Origin: an uncultured candidate division Zixibacteria bacterium
Lineage (GTDB): Bacteria > Zixibacteria > MSB-5A5 > GN15 > PGXB01
Direction: 5' to 3'
NCBI GenBank assembly: GCA_963702205.1
Contig: OY969724.1
Coordinates: 3,040,001 to 3,104,000 of the forward strand
Length of the DNA stretch: 64,000 nt
Positions within the stretch are counted from its first letter, which is position 1. Every line of letters begins with the position of its first letter. The translations under genes were made by a program, and so were the position numbers. Shown in pieces: positions 53,183 through 64,000 of this stretch. The notes under the pieces were generated by a model. It worked only from the letters and a program-made list of their open reading frames with translations. It had not been told where the DNA came from and did not search any database.

Positions 53183-55159
53183 ATGAAATTAAGATCAGAA
53201 CAGAATTTTTCGGATAGAGATTCGGAAAGACAGAAACCACCGGGAAAGGGCAACCCCGATGGGCGCGACCCGTTCAGCTGGAAGGGACCGCTCAAAAGTC
53301 TCGGCTTTTGGGTTGTCATTATTCTGGCGTTTATTTTTGCCTTCAGCATTTATAATTCGTCGAGCGGTGACGTTGCCGAGATTTCCTACACCGAATTTCT
53401 CAATCAACTGAAGAATAACAATATTCGCGAAGTCACGTTTATCGAGCGTAATATCGAAGGTGTCTTGAAAGAGCAGACGACTCTGGTGACGCAGACCGCG
53501 ACCGGTCAGTACACCAAATTCAAGGCCCGGATTCCTTTCGACGATAACAGCTTCACTCTCGTGCACCGTCTCGAAAACGCCGGTGTGACGATCAAGGCCA
53601 AGACCGAGGGACCGAATTACTTTTCGATCCTGATATCGATCGCCCCCTGGTTTTTGCTGATATTTGTCTGGCTGTTTTTCCTGCGTCAGATGCAGGGCGG
53701 CGGCGGTCCGCGAGGCATCTTCTCATTCGGCAAAAGCCGCGCGAAACTGCTGACCGACGAGCGCCCCAAAGTGACGTTCGACGACGTGGCCGGTATTGCC
53801 GAAGCCAAAGACGAAGTATCCGAGATTATAGAATTTTTGAAAGAACCGGCTAAATTTTCGCGCCTCGGCGGCAAAATTCCCAAAGGCGCTTTGTTGATAG
53901 GCCCTCCCGGATCGGGTAAGACTCTTCTCGCCCGAGCCGTGGCCGGTGAAGCCGGTGTGCCGTTTTTCTCGATGTCCGGTTCGGATTTTGTCGAGATGTT
54001 TGTCGGTGTCGGTGCTTCGCGCGTTCGCGACCTTTTTGAGCAGGGAAAGAAAAACGCTCCCTGCATTATTTTTATCGATGAAATCGATGCCGTCGGCCGT
54101 CACCGTGGGGCCGGATTGGGAGGTGGGCACGATGAACGCGAACAGACTTTAAACCAGTTGCTGGTTGAAATGGATGGCTTCGAATCCAACGACGGTGTTA
54201 TTCTCATCGCTGCCACCAACCGCCCCGACATTCTCGATCCGGCCCTGCTGCGCCCCGGCCGGTTCGATCGTCAGATAGTTGTCGATTCACCCGACGTGCG
54301 TGGTCGTGAGGGAATTTTAAGTGTTCATACCAAGAAAATAAAGTTAAGCGAAGATATCGATATTAAGATTTTGGCCCGCAGCACACCGGGTTTGTCCGGG
54401 GCCGATCTCGCCAATATGGTCAACGAAGCGGCTCTACTGGCCGCTCGCAAAGACCATGATTCGGTGAATATGAACGATTTCGAGGAAGCCAAGGATAAAG
54501 TCATGATGGGTGCCGAAAGGCGCTCTCTGGTGATCCCCGAAGATGAAAAGAAAATGATTGCCTATCACGAATCGGGACATGCCCTGGTGGCGAAATATCT
54601 GCCCGAGGCCGACCCCGTGCATAAAGTAACTATCATTCCAAGAGGAATGGCCTTGGGCGTGACGCATTATTTACCGGTCGATGAACGTCATACGCATTCC
54701 AAGCGAAGGCTGGAAACTCGTCTGGTATACGCCATGGGCGGACGGGTAGCCGAAAAAATAGTTTTCAATCAGGTTTCAACCGGAGCCGCCGATGATCTCC
54801 GCCGCGCCACCGAAATTGCTCAGAATATGGTTTGCAAATGGGGTATGTCGGACAAAGTCGGACCAATGACGCTCGGACGCCGCGAAGAGCAGATATTTCT
54901 TGGCCGGGAACTGGCGACCCATCGCGATTATTCCGAATCCACGGCGCAACTGATCGACGAAGAAGTTAAATTGATAATTCATAAGGCCGAAGATACGGCT
55001 CGCCAGATTCTTACTGAAAATCGCAAATATCTGGATCTTCTGGCGCAGGCGTTGCTGGAGAAAGAAGTTATCGATGGCCACCAGATCGATGTCATAATCG
55101 GCAGAGATGGGCCCACCGATGTGCCGTCACCGGAACCGGCTCCGGAGGTCGATGGATAA
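53183..55159 (+). CDS. ftsH: ATP-dependent zinc metalloprotease FtsH
   Basis: Two [29 protein letters not shown]. Confidence 0.97.
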   Translation: MKLRSEQNFSDRDSERQKPPGKGNPDGRDPFSWKGPLKSLGFWVVIILAFIFAFSIYNSSSGDVAEISYTEFLNQLKNNNIREVTFIERNIEGVLKEQTTLVTQTATGQYTKFKARIPFDDNSFTLVHRLENAGVTIKAKTEGPNYFSILISIAPWFLLIFVWLFFLRQMQGGGGPRGIFSFGKSRAKLLTDERPKVTFDDVAGIAEAKDEVSEIIEFLKEPAKFSRLGGKIPKGALLIGPPGSGKTLLARAVAGEAGVPFFSMSGSDFVEMFVGVGASRVRDLFEQGKKNAPCIIFIDEIDAVGRHRGAGLGGGHDEREQTLNQLLVEMDGFESNDGVILIAATNRPDILDPALLRPGRFDRQIVVDSPDVRGREGILSVHTKKIKLSEDIDIKILARSTPGLSGADLANMVNEAALLAARKDHDSVNMNDFEEAKDKVMMGAERRSLVIPEDEKKMIAYHESGHALVAKYLPEADPVHKVTIIPRGMALGVTHYLPVDERHTHSKRRLETRLVYAMGGRVAEKIVFNQVSTGAADDLRRATEIAQNMVCKWGMSDKVGPMTLGRREEQIFLGRELATHRDYSESTAQLIDEEVKLIIHKAEDTARQILTENRKYLDLLAQALLEKEVIDGHQIDVIIGRDGPTDVPSPEPAPEVDG

Positions 55160-55706
55160 GGTTAAGATTATCCGGGGCGCAAAACTGATTCTCGAAGGAA
55201 TCGGTGAAAACCCCAACCGTGAGGGGCTGAAACGTACGCCGGAAAGGCTCTACGAATTTTATAAAGACGTCTTTTCGGGCATCAAAGAAAAGCCCGAAAA
55301 GACTCTTAAGCTTTACACTACCCCCAACAAAGATGAACTGATAATCGTCCGCGATATCAGCTTTTATTCCATGTGCGAGCACCACCTGGTTCCGTTTTTC
55401 GGACGGGTGCATATCGCCTATATCCCGAAAACCAACAAGATAACCGGCTTTTCCAACCTGGTTAAAACGGTTGAGGTTTTCGCGAAACGTCCGACCGTTC
55501 AGGAAAAGCTGACGTCACAGATCGCGGATTCGATATATGAAACGCTCGGCGCCAAGGGCATTCTGGTCGTGGTGGAAGCCGAGCACCTCTGTATGACGAT
55601 GACCGGGGTCAAAAAACCGGGTTCGAAAACAATCACCTCGGCCGTGCGGGGTATTCTCCGCCGTGATGCCACCCGGGCCGAGGCACTGGCTTTGATCAAG
55701 CAATGA
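55152..55706 (+). CDS. folE: GTP cyclohydrolase I
   Basis: REGLKRTPER, SMCEHHLVPF, QEKLT, HLCM. Confidence 0.95.
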   Translation: MDKVKIIRGAKLILEGIGENPNREGLKRTPERLYEFYKDVFSGIKEKPEKTLKLYTTPNKDELIIVRDISFYSMCEHHLVPFFGRVHIAYIPKTNKITGFSNLVKTVEVFAKRPTVQEKLTSQIADSIYETLGAKGILVVVEAEHLCMTMTGVKKPGSKTITSAVRGILRRDATRAEALALIKQ

Positions 55707-55805
55707 TTGTTTCTTCATTTGTTGCTTGTAATTTCAATATTATCTTGCCCGTCGTGCCGGGCCGTTCTATATTTATGATAGACCTTTTGCGATCGGTATA
55801 GACCC

Positions 55806-56672
55806 ATGGAAGGAATTGTCGTTCATAAGAATAAAATGCCTCTGCCCGACGGGCGGTTTCTCGATTTCGACCGTCCGCTGGTGATGGGTATCGTCAATGT
55901 CACGCCGGATTCTTTTTCCGACGGCGGGAAATTTATCGATGCCGACCGCGCCTTCGATCATGCCAAACAATTGGTGGACGAAGGCGCGGATATAATCGAC
56001 ATCGGCGGCGAATCGACCCGCCCCGGGTCCGACCCGGTCACCGAGGCCGAAGAAACCGTGCGAGTAGTACCCATCATAAAAAAGCTGCGGAATCACTGTG
56101 ACATTCCCATTTCGGTTGACACGACCAAATCCGGGGTCGCCGAGCGGGCGGTGGCGGCCGGGGCCGACATCATAAACGACGTCTCCGCGTTGCGGCATGA
56201 TCCGAAGATGGTCGAAATCGTGGCCGAAAACAAAACGCCGGTCGTGTTGATGCATATGCTGGGCAAACCGAAAACGATGCAGGTTAGCCCGTCGTACGCC
56301 GACTGTGTCAGCGAAGTCAAGCAGTTCTTTTCCGAGCGCATTCATTTTTGTCTGAACTACGGAATCGACCGTTCGCAAATCATTCTCGATCCGGGGATCG
56401 GTTTCGGTAAACGCCTCGAAGATAATTTGATCATTCTCAGGCGCCTCGACGAATTCACCAAGTTTGAATGTCCGGTTATGATCGGAGCCTCGCGCAAGTC
56501 GTTCATACAGATGATAACGCGGCGCAAAGACACGCCCGAAGACCGGCTGGGAGGATCGCTGGCGGCGGCCCTCTGGGGACTGACCAAAGACGTCAACATA
56601 ATTCGCGTGCACGACGTCGCCGCGACGGTTGAAGCCATTGCCGTGGCCAAAGCCATTGAGGAAGCGAACTGA
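55806..56672 (+). CDS. folP: Dihydropteroate synthase
   Basis: NVTPDSFSDGG, GGESTRPG, DPGIGFGK, SRKSF, RVHDV. Confidence 0.95.
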   Translation: MEGIVVHKNKMPLPDGRFLDFDRPLVMGIVNVTPDSFSDGGKFIDADRAFDHAKQLVDEGADIIDIGGESTRPGSDPVTEAEETVRVVPIIKKLRNHCDIPISVDTTKSGVAERAVAAGADIINDVSALRHDPKMVEIVAENKTPVVLMHMLGKPKTMQVSPSYADCVSEVKQFFSERIHFCLNYGIDRSQIILDPGIGFGKRLEDNLIILRRLDEFTKFECPVMIGASRKSFIQMITRRKDTPEDRLGGSLAAALWGLTKDVNIIRVHDVAATVEAIAVAKAIEEAN

Positions 56673-57433
56673 TGGAACTGTTCCGCATAGATTTTCTAAC
56701 CTTCAAGCTGACCGACCTGATCGACATCCTGATCGTGGCGTTTATCATCTATCAGCTTCTCGCCCTCATGAAAGGCACGCGCGCCGCCCAGATGGTGACC
56801 GGTTTGGTATTGATATTCATTGTCGCTTTTTTTGCATTCTGGTTTCATCTCGAGGGGCTGTCCTGGCTGTTTTCCAATCTCGCGACGGTCGGGTTTATCG
56901 TGCTGGTCATCGTCTTTCAACCGGAACTTCGATCGGTGCTGGCACGCATGGGGCACTCGCGAATATTTCAGTACTTCATAAAAGTCGAGGAACGAAAATC
57001 GGTCGAAGAGATCGCGCGGGCGGCGGTACGTCTGTCTGAATTGCGCTACGGTGGTCTGATCGTAATCGAAAACACGGTCGGTCTCAAAAATTATATCGAG
57101 ACCGGCAAAAAGATTAATTCGCAGCTTTCGTCGGAGATGATTGTAACACTGTTTACACCGTACACTCCCCTGCACGACGGCGCCGTTATAATTTCCGGCG
57201 AGATTATCGCCGCCGCGGCCTGTACTCTCCCTCTGACCCAGAATCCGCGTTTCCGCAAGCTGTTCGGGATGCGCCACAAAGCCGCGATCGGCATATCCGA
57301 GCTATCCGATGCCGTCTCGATCGTCGTCTCCGAAGAAACCGGCGAAGTTTCGATCACGTCGAAAGGCTTCATGGAGAAAAACATCGAACGCGCCGAAATC
57401 AAGCGCCGCTTGGCGAATTACCTTAGTAAATAA
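56672..57433 (+). CDS. cdaA: Diadenylate cyclase CdaA/DacA
   Basis: 3 TM, FQPELR, LHDGAV, GMRHKAA, VSEETG. Confidence 0.9.
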   Translation: MELFRIDFLTFKLTDLIDILIVAFIIYQLLALMKGTRAAQMVTGLVLIFIVAFFAFWFHLEGLSWLFSNLATVGFIVLVIVFQPELRSVLARMGHSRIFQYFIKVEERKSVEEIARAAVRLSELRYGGLIVIENTVGLKNYIETGKKINSQLSSEMIVTLFTPYTPLHDGAVIISGEIIAAAACTLPLTQNPRFRKLFGMRHKAAIGISELSDAVSIVVSEETGEVSITSKGFMEKNIERAEIKRRLANYLSK

Positions 57434-57463
57434 TTCTCATGCATAAAATCAAAGACTTTTAAT

Positions 57464-58858
57464 ATGTCAAAACTATCCTTTCTCGGTGCGGCCGGGACCG
57501 TCACCGGTTCGCGGTTTTTGCTCGAAACACACGGTAAGAAAATCCTGGTCGACTGCGGACTGTTCCAGGGTCCCAAAGATCTGCGCCAGCGCAACTGGGA
57601 TACGTTCCCGACTGATCCGTCGTCGATCGATTACGTCCTGTTCACCCACGCGCACGTCGATCATATCGGCTATTTCCCGCGACTGTGCAAAGATGGTTTC
57701 GCCGGTAAGGCGATCTGTACCGACGCCACCGCCGACCTGGCTAAAATTTTGCTGTTGGACAGCGGCCATCTTCAGGAAGAAGACGCGCGCTGGGCCAACA
57801 AGAAGAAAACGACCAGGCACGAACCGGCGCTGCCACTATTTACGGTCGAAGATGCCGAAAAATCGCTGGCCTCTTTCGAGCCGCACCATTACGGTGAAGA
57901 AATACAACTCGGCGATGACATCACGGTCAAATTCAAGGACGCCGGGCACATACTGGGTTCGTCGTTCGTCGATATCCGCCTGACCAATGAGGGCGAACGC
58001 AGGAAGATTGTCTTCTGCGGTGACCTCGGACGTCCGGCGCGGGCGCTTTTGCGCGACCCGGTGCAGGTGTACGACGTCGAGTATCTCGTGATCGAGTCGA
58101 CGTACGGCAACCGTCTGCACGAAGACAAAGATTTTTATGATTCGTTCATACGAGTCTACAACGAAAGTATCGAGCGCGGCGGCGTGCTGGTGATACCGTC
58201 GTTTGCGGTCGGCCGCACGCAGACGCTGTTGTACGTTATCCGCGAGCTCGAAGAAAAGAAACTCATACCCGCAGTACCGGTCTATCTGGATTCGCCGATG
58301 GCGCTTGATGCAACGCACGTCTACGAGCGGCAGGTCAAGAGCCAGAATCTCAAGACGCGCGTGATGACTATCACCGGCCAGAACGTTTTCAAGACGACGC
58401 ATTTACACCTGTGCGATTCACGCAAGAAATCCAAGGCGATCAACGACATCGAAAGCCGGGCCGTGATAATATCTTCCAGCGGCATGGTCACCGGTGGACG
58501 TATATTGCACCATCTCATGCAGCGTCTGCCCGAGCGCAAGAATACGGTGCTGTTTGTCGGTTATCAGGCCGAGGGGACGCGCGGGCGGACCATTGTCGAG
58601 GGGCATGACGAAGTCAAGATTTACGGCGAGATGGTGCCGATTCGCGCGCGTATCGAGAATATTTCCGGGTTTTCCTGTCATGCCGACTACAACGAAGAGC
58701 TGGCCTGGCTTCTGGGATTCAATCGTCCACCGAAGAAGACTTTTATAGTGCACGGCGAGAAAGACGCCTCGGAATCGATGGCCGATAAAATCCGCGACCG
58801 TTTTGGGTGGCATTGCGAGGTGCCGACGCTGGAAGAGAGTTTTTTGCTGGATTTGTAA
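57464..58858 (+). CDS. MBL-fold beta-CASP ribonuclease
   Basis: THAHVDHIG, AGHILGS, ESTYG, FAVGRTQ, FSCHAD, VHGE. Confidence 0.9.
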   Translation: MSKLSFLGAAGTVTGSRFLLETHGKKILVDCGLFQGPKDLRQRNWDTFPTDPSSIDYVLFTHAHVDHIGYFPRLCKDGFAGKAICTDATADLAKILLLDSGHLQEEDARWANKKKTTRHEPALPLFTVEDAEKSLASFEPHHYGEEIQLGDDITVKFKDAGHILGSSFVDIRLTNEGERRKIVFCGDLGRPARALLRDPVQVYDVEYLVIESTYGNRLHEDKDFYDSFIRVYNESIERGGVLVIPSFAVGRTQTLLYVIRELEEKKLIPAVPVYLDSPMALDATHVYERQVKSQNLKTRVMTITGQNVFKTTHLHLCDSRKKSKAINDIESRAVIISSSGMVTGGRILHHLMQRLPERKNTVLFVGYQAEGTRGRTIVEGHDEVKIYGEMVPIRARIENISGFSCHADYNEELAWLLGFNRPPKKTFIVHGEKDASESMADKIRDRFGWHCEVPTLEESFLLDL

Positions 58859-58873
58859 AATTACTGTACCGTG

Positions 58874-59960
58874 CGCGGCAGACGCCCTCGTCTGCCGCGT
58901 GATACCAAAAGCTTCTATCACTGGGATTTGTATCCCAATTATTTGCAAAATACAAACAACGGACTCCATCCTGCCAACCGGCAGACGAGGGCGTCTGCCG
59001 GTCACTTTACCCCGGCCTTTTCAAACCGACAAAATCACTACCAATGTTGTATTTTACACCCGTAACGACACCCCATTTTTAGCATGTTTTGGCATGGATA
59101 ATCATATATCACCTTTGGGCTTGCCGGGAATTGGCTTTGGTCGTACCATTTTTAATTCCTAACTTGCCAAGGCTCTCCAGACATTTGCACTAAGTGGGCG
59201 GCAGATGTCCACATCTGCCCCATTGCCCCGTTAAGCCTAATCGCCCGGGCATATCCTTCAAAAGATCAGGAGGCCTGTGGACAAGTGCCGCGCACGCAAA
59301 GCGGTTTGGGGCGGCCTCACGGGCAAAGACCCGGTGGGTTTGAGAACCCACCGGGCACAACGCGTGGTTCTCGTCAGGAGCGCAGGGCTTTTGACTTGCA
59401 TTAGAATGTAGTGGGCGGCAGATGTCCACATCTGCCCCAAGGATTCGAGCCTGTTCAAACGCTCGGGCACTTGTGGACAAGTGCCGCGCACGATAATGGG
59501 CATGGTTTGTTTTGGCATACTTATAGGCCTCTAATATAGTAGAACGTATGAATTCAACATTGATTTGGTGGTGATATTGGAATCTTGTAACTCACCCAGC
59601 GGGTGATTGGTTATGATTTTGCACCAAACAAAAAAAGATGTCAGGAGCGCACGGCTCCTGACCTACTAAGACTTGTGGACAAGTGCCGCGCACGTAACGT
59701 AAACCCGACCTACCGCAAGATCAGAACCCGGTCGGTCTGAGGGCCAACCGGGCACAACGTACGGGGCGATCACGCCGGGTCTGAAAACACGTAGGTCCGG
59801 TTCCGAGTCTTCGAGAAACCCGACAACAATAATTTTGCCTTCGGGAAAGGGTTCCCGACGGCGCCATAATACCCTGCCGCAAGCGACAGAGCACCCCGGC
59901 AAGATATAGGGTTTTTCATCCCCCGACATGGTCGGGGGATTCAGAACCCGAGCTACTTTA
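58874..59960. repeat. 1.1 kb intergenic mosaic of REP-like palindromes
   Basis: 30-nt direct repeat at 59193 and 59410; 21-nt repeat at 59276, 59472 and 59674; inverted pair 58874/58977; TGAG-loop hairpins at 59330 and 59727. Confidence 0.85.
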
Positions 59961-60088
59961 AGACTGGATTTCCGCACTTCATGCTTCAGCACCTTCGGCC
60001 TGCGCGGGAATGACATTATCAAAATAGAATGACATTTTCAAAACATTGGTGGAGCGAAGTGATTTCCATTCCATTTTTGTAGCCATAA

Positions 60089-62204
<2,116 letters not shown>

Positions 62205-62212
62205 ACGGACAT

Positions 62213-62488
62213 ATGTATAAAAAAACAGCACAGGTTATCAATCGACTCGGTATGCACGCCCGTCCGGCGGCGATGTTTGTCTCGCACGCCTCGAAATACT
62301 CATCCGAGGTCTGGATCGAAAAAAACGGGCTGAGGGTTAACGGGAAGTCGATAATGGGCGTCATGATGCTCGCCGCCGAAAAGGGCTCGGAGCTGGTCAT
62401 TTCGGCTGAGGGCGACGATGAACAGCGCGCGGTCGAGGATCTGGTCGATTTGATCCGCGACGGTTTCGGCGATTTGAAAGAGCTCTGA
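62213..62488 (+). CDS. ptsH: Phosphocarrier protein HPr
   Basis: GMHARPAA, KSIMGVM. Confidence 0.95.
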   Translation: MYKKTAQVINRLGMHARPAAMFVSHASKYSSEVWIEKNGLRVNGKSIMGVMMLAAEKGSELVISAEGDDEQRAVEDLVDLIRDGFGDLKEL

Positions 62489-62542
62489 TTTTTATTTTGC
62501 TCCTTCCCCGGTTTGGTGTTTATAATCTGAAGACAGATATTT

Positions 62543-64000
62543 ATGGTAAATCCTAAGAAGACATTCGTAATCGGCGGCGCAGGCGCGTCCTCTGGCCTGA
62601 CCTATGGCCTGGCACGGATCGTCTACAGCTGGGAAAGAACGGTCGGCGAGCGGATTTTGAACAAATCCGAAGTCGATCCGGAAATCGCCCGTCTGGATGA
62701 CGCCATTAACGAGACGTTGCTGGAAATAAACCGCTGGAAAACGATGACCGGCGGCGGCAAGTCGGGCGGGCCGATCGGGAGAATTTTTGACACCCAGTCG
62801 ATGATCGCTTCCGACCAGGATTTTTTAAATAATGTCAAGGATATGATTCGTTCGCGTCAGCGTAACGCCGAATATATTTACAGTCTCGAAGTCGAAAAGA
62901 CGGTCGAGCCGCTCAAGAATTCCAACGATGAATACATGAACCAGATGGTTCACGAAATCGAGGCGGTCAGCAAGATGGTGGTCAGCCATTTGCGGGGCCA
63001 CACCGAGCGCGATTTCGGGCAGTTCCCGGCCGACACGATCATTGTCGGGCGTAATTTCACGGCGGCCGAAATATTGAGCCTGTTCGACCGCAAGGCTAAG
63101 GGTATTGTCACCGGCGAAGGCAGCGCCACGTCGCATATGGCTCTGGTCGCACGTTCGCTTTTGATACCGGCCGTGGTCGGTGCTCAGCGGGCGCATCTCA
63201 GAATTCGTTCAGGTGACAGGCTGATTATCGACGGAGACAGCGGCGAGGTGACGGTCAATCCGCAGGATGCCGCCTGGACGAGCTTGGTCAAACAGCGCAA
63301 GACGCTTTCGGAAATGCCGCTGGCACGGTTGAAACGTCTGCCCAAACTCCCGATCAGGACCGCCGACGGCGTGGAAATCAGTTTGGCGGCTAATATTTCT
63401 CTGCCGGGACCGGTCGATGATATTCTGTCGAAAAATAATATCGGTGTCGGGCTGTTCCGGTCGGAATTCGTCTATTTGCAGCGCGGGAATTTCCCGTCAT
63501 CGGAAGAGCAGTTCGAAATTTACGATCATGTCGCTGCGACGTATCATCCGCACGACGTGGTCATCAGAACCTTCGATCTCGGATCGGATAAGTATCATGA
63601 AAATGACAATTTCTCGCGCGAACGTAATCCGGCTCTCGGCTGGCGAGGAATCAGGGCGTCGATTGATATGCCGGGTCAGTTCCGGCGGCAGGTGCGGGCA
63701 ATTCTCAGAGCCTCGCAGCGCGGCAATGTCAAAATGCTTCTACCGATGATAACCGACGTCTCCGAGGTCAAAAAGGCGATCGGAATGATCCGTCGCGCTA
63801 TGGTGCAGCTTCGTAAAGAAAGAATCAGGTACGACGCCTCGATCAAGATCGGTATCATGGTCGAAGTGCCGGCCGTAGCGTTGAATGCTTCGGATATAAT
63901 TTCCAAAGTCGATTTCTTTTCGATCGGGTCCAACGACCTGGCGCAGTACGTCCTGGCCGCCGACCGTGACAATCAGAAACTGAATAAAATTTTCAATCCG
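62543..64000 (+). CDS. ptsI: PTS enzyme I, 3' truncated by window edge (absent from the ORF track)
   Basis: Own translation: GSATSHMA (phospho-His), GVGLFRSEF, ERNPALGWRG, MVEVP, SIGSNDLAQY. Confidence 0.92.
   Translation, partial: MVNPKKTFVIGGAGASSGLTYGLARIVYSWERTVGERILNKSEVDPEIARLDDAINETLLEINRWKTMTGGGKSGGPIGRIFDTQSMIASDQDFLNNVKDMIRSRQRNAEYIYSLEVEKTVEPLKNSNDEYMNQMVHEIEAVSKMVVSHLRGHTERDFGQFPADTIIVGRNFTAAEILSLFDRKAKGIVTGEGSATSHMALVARSLLIPAVVGAQRAHLRIRSGDRLIIDGDSGEVTVNPQDAAWTSLVKQRKTLSEMPLARLKRLPKLPIRTADGVEISLAANISLPGPVDDILSKNNIGVGLFRSEFVYLQRGNFPSSEEQFEIYDHVAATYHPHDVVIRTFDLGSDKYHENDNFSRERNPALGWRGIRASIDMPGQFRRQVRAILRASQRGNVKMLLPMITDVSEVKKAIGMIRRAMVQLRKERIRYDASIKIGIMVEVPAVALNASDIISKVDFFSIGSNDLAQYVLAADRDNQKLNKIFNP

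Noticed and set aside
59281..59345. c-di-GMP-I riboswitch (ACGCAAAGC and GGGCAAA present)
   Set aside because: Motifs are in the wrong order, there is no GAAA tetraloop stem, and they are embedded in REP copies
58874..59960. CRISPR array
   Set aside because: Repeats belong to several families, occur in both orientations with irregular spacing, recur elsewhere in the window, and no cas genes are present
58803..60022. Short ORFs in the intergenic repeat region
   Set aside because: Shadow ORFs made from GC-rich palindromes; no RBS or motifs, and no HUH/Y1 RAYT signature

Overview
A 64 kb chromosomal window from a moderately GC-rich, LPS-making (lptF/lptG, lpxH) bacterium. Three secreted proteins end in Cys-capped dockerin-like domains and multiheme cytochromes are abundant, which suggests candidate phylum Zixibacteria (inference only). 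Housekeeping genes include ahcY-metK, panC, purL, tilS-hpt-ftsH-folE-folP-cdaA, obgE-dprA-ptsH-ptsI and tRNA-Ser(GGA). Main points: (1) An intact IS110 element (49909-51078) whose left non-coding end reads as a bridge RNA. Its target guides match the flanking DNA and its donor guides match its own ends around a CT core. A TTGACA-17bp-TATATT promoter forms only at the circle junction, and the element sits in a GTAG-type REP palindrome with empty sister copies in the window. (2) A 9 kb putative extracellular electron transfer locus: a 19-heme CbcL-like b/c cytochrome, an ImcH-like heptaheme, a tetraheme, a lipoprotein cytochrome, an MtrB-like porin and an MtrA/DmsE-like decaheme. (3) Several families of REP-like hairpins with covarying stems, clustered around AT-rich accessory or defence-like genes; one 2 kb block is bracketed by inverted REP doublets. 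(4) An uncharacterised four-gene DUF6754-type membrane operon. (5) Frequent -10 boxes just upstream of start codons, suggesting leaderless mRNAs. Two single-base frameshifts (lptG and a DUF5362-like gene) are probably assembly errors. All family assignments come from motif recognition by eye, not database searches.
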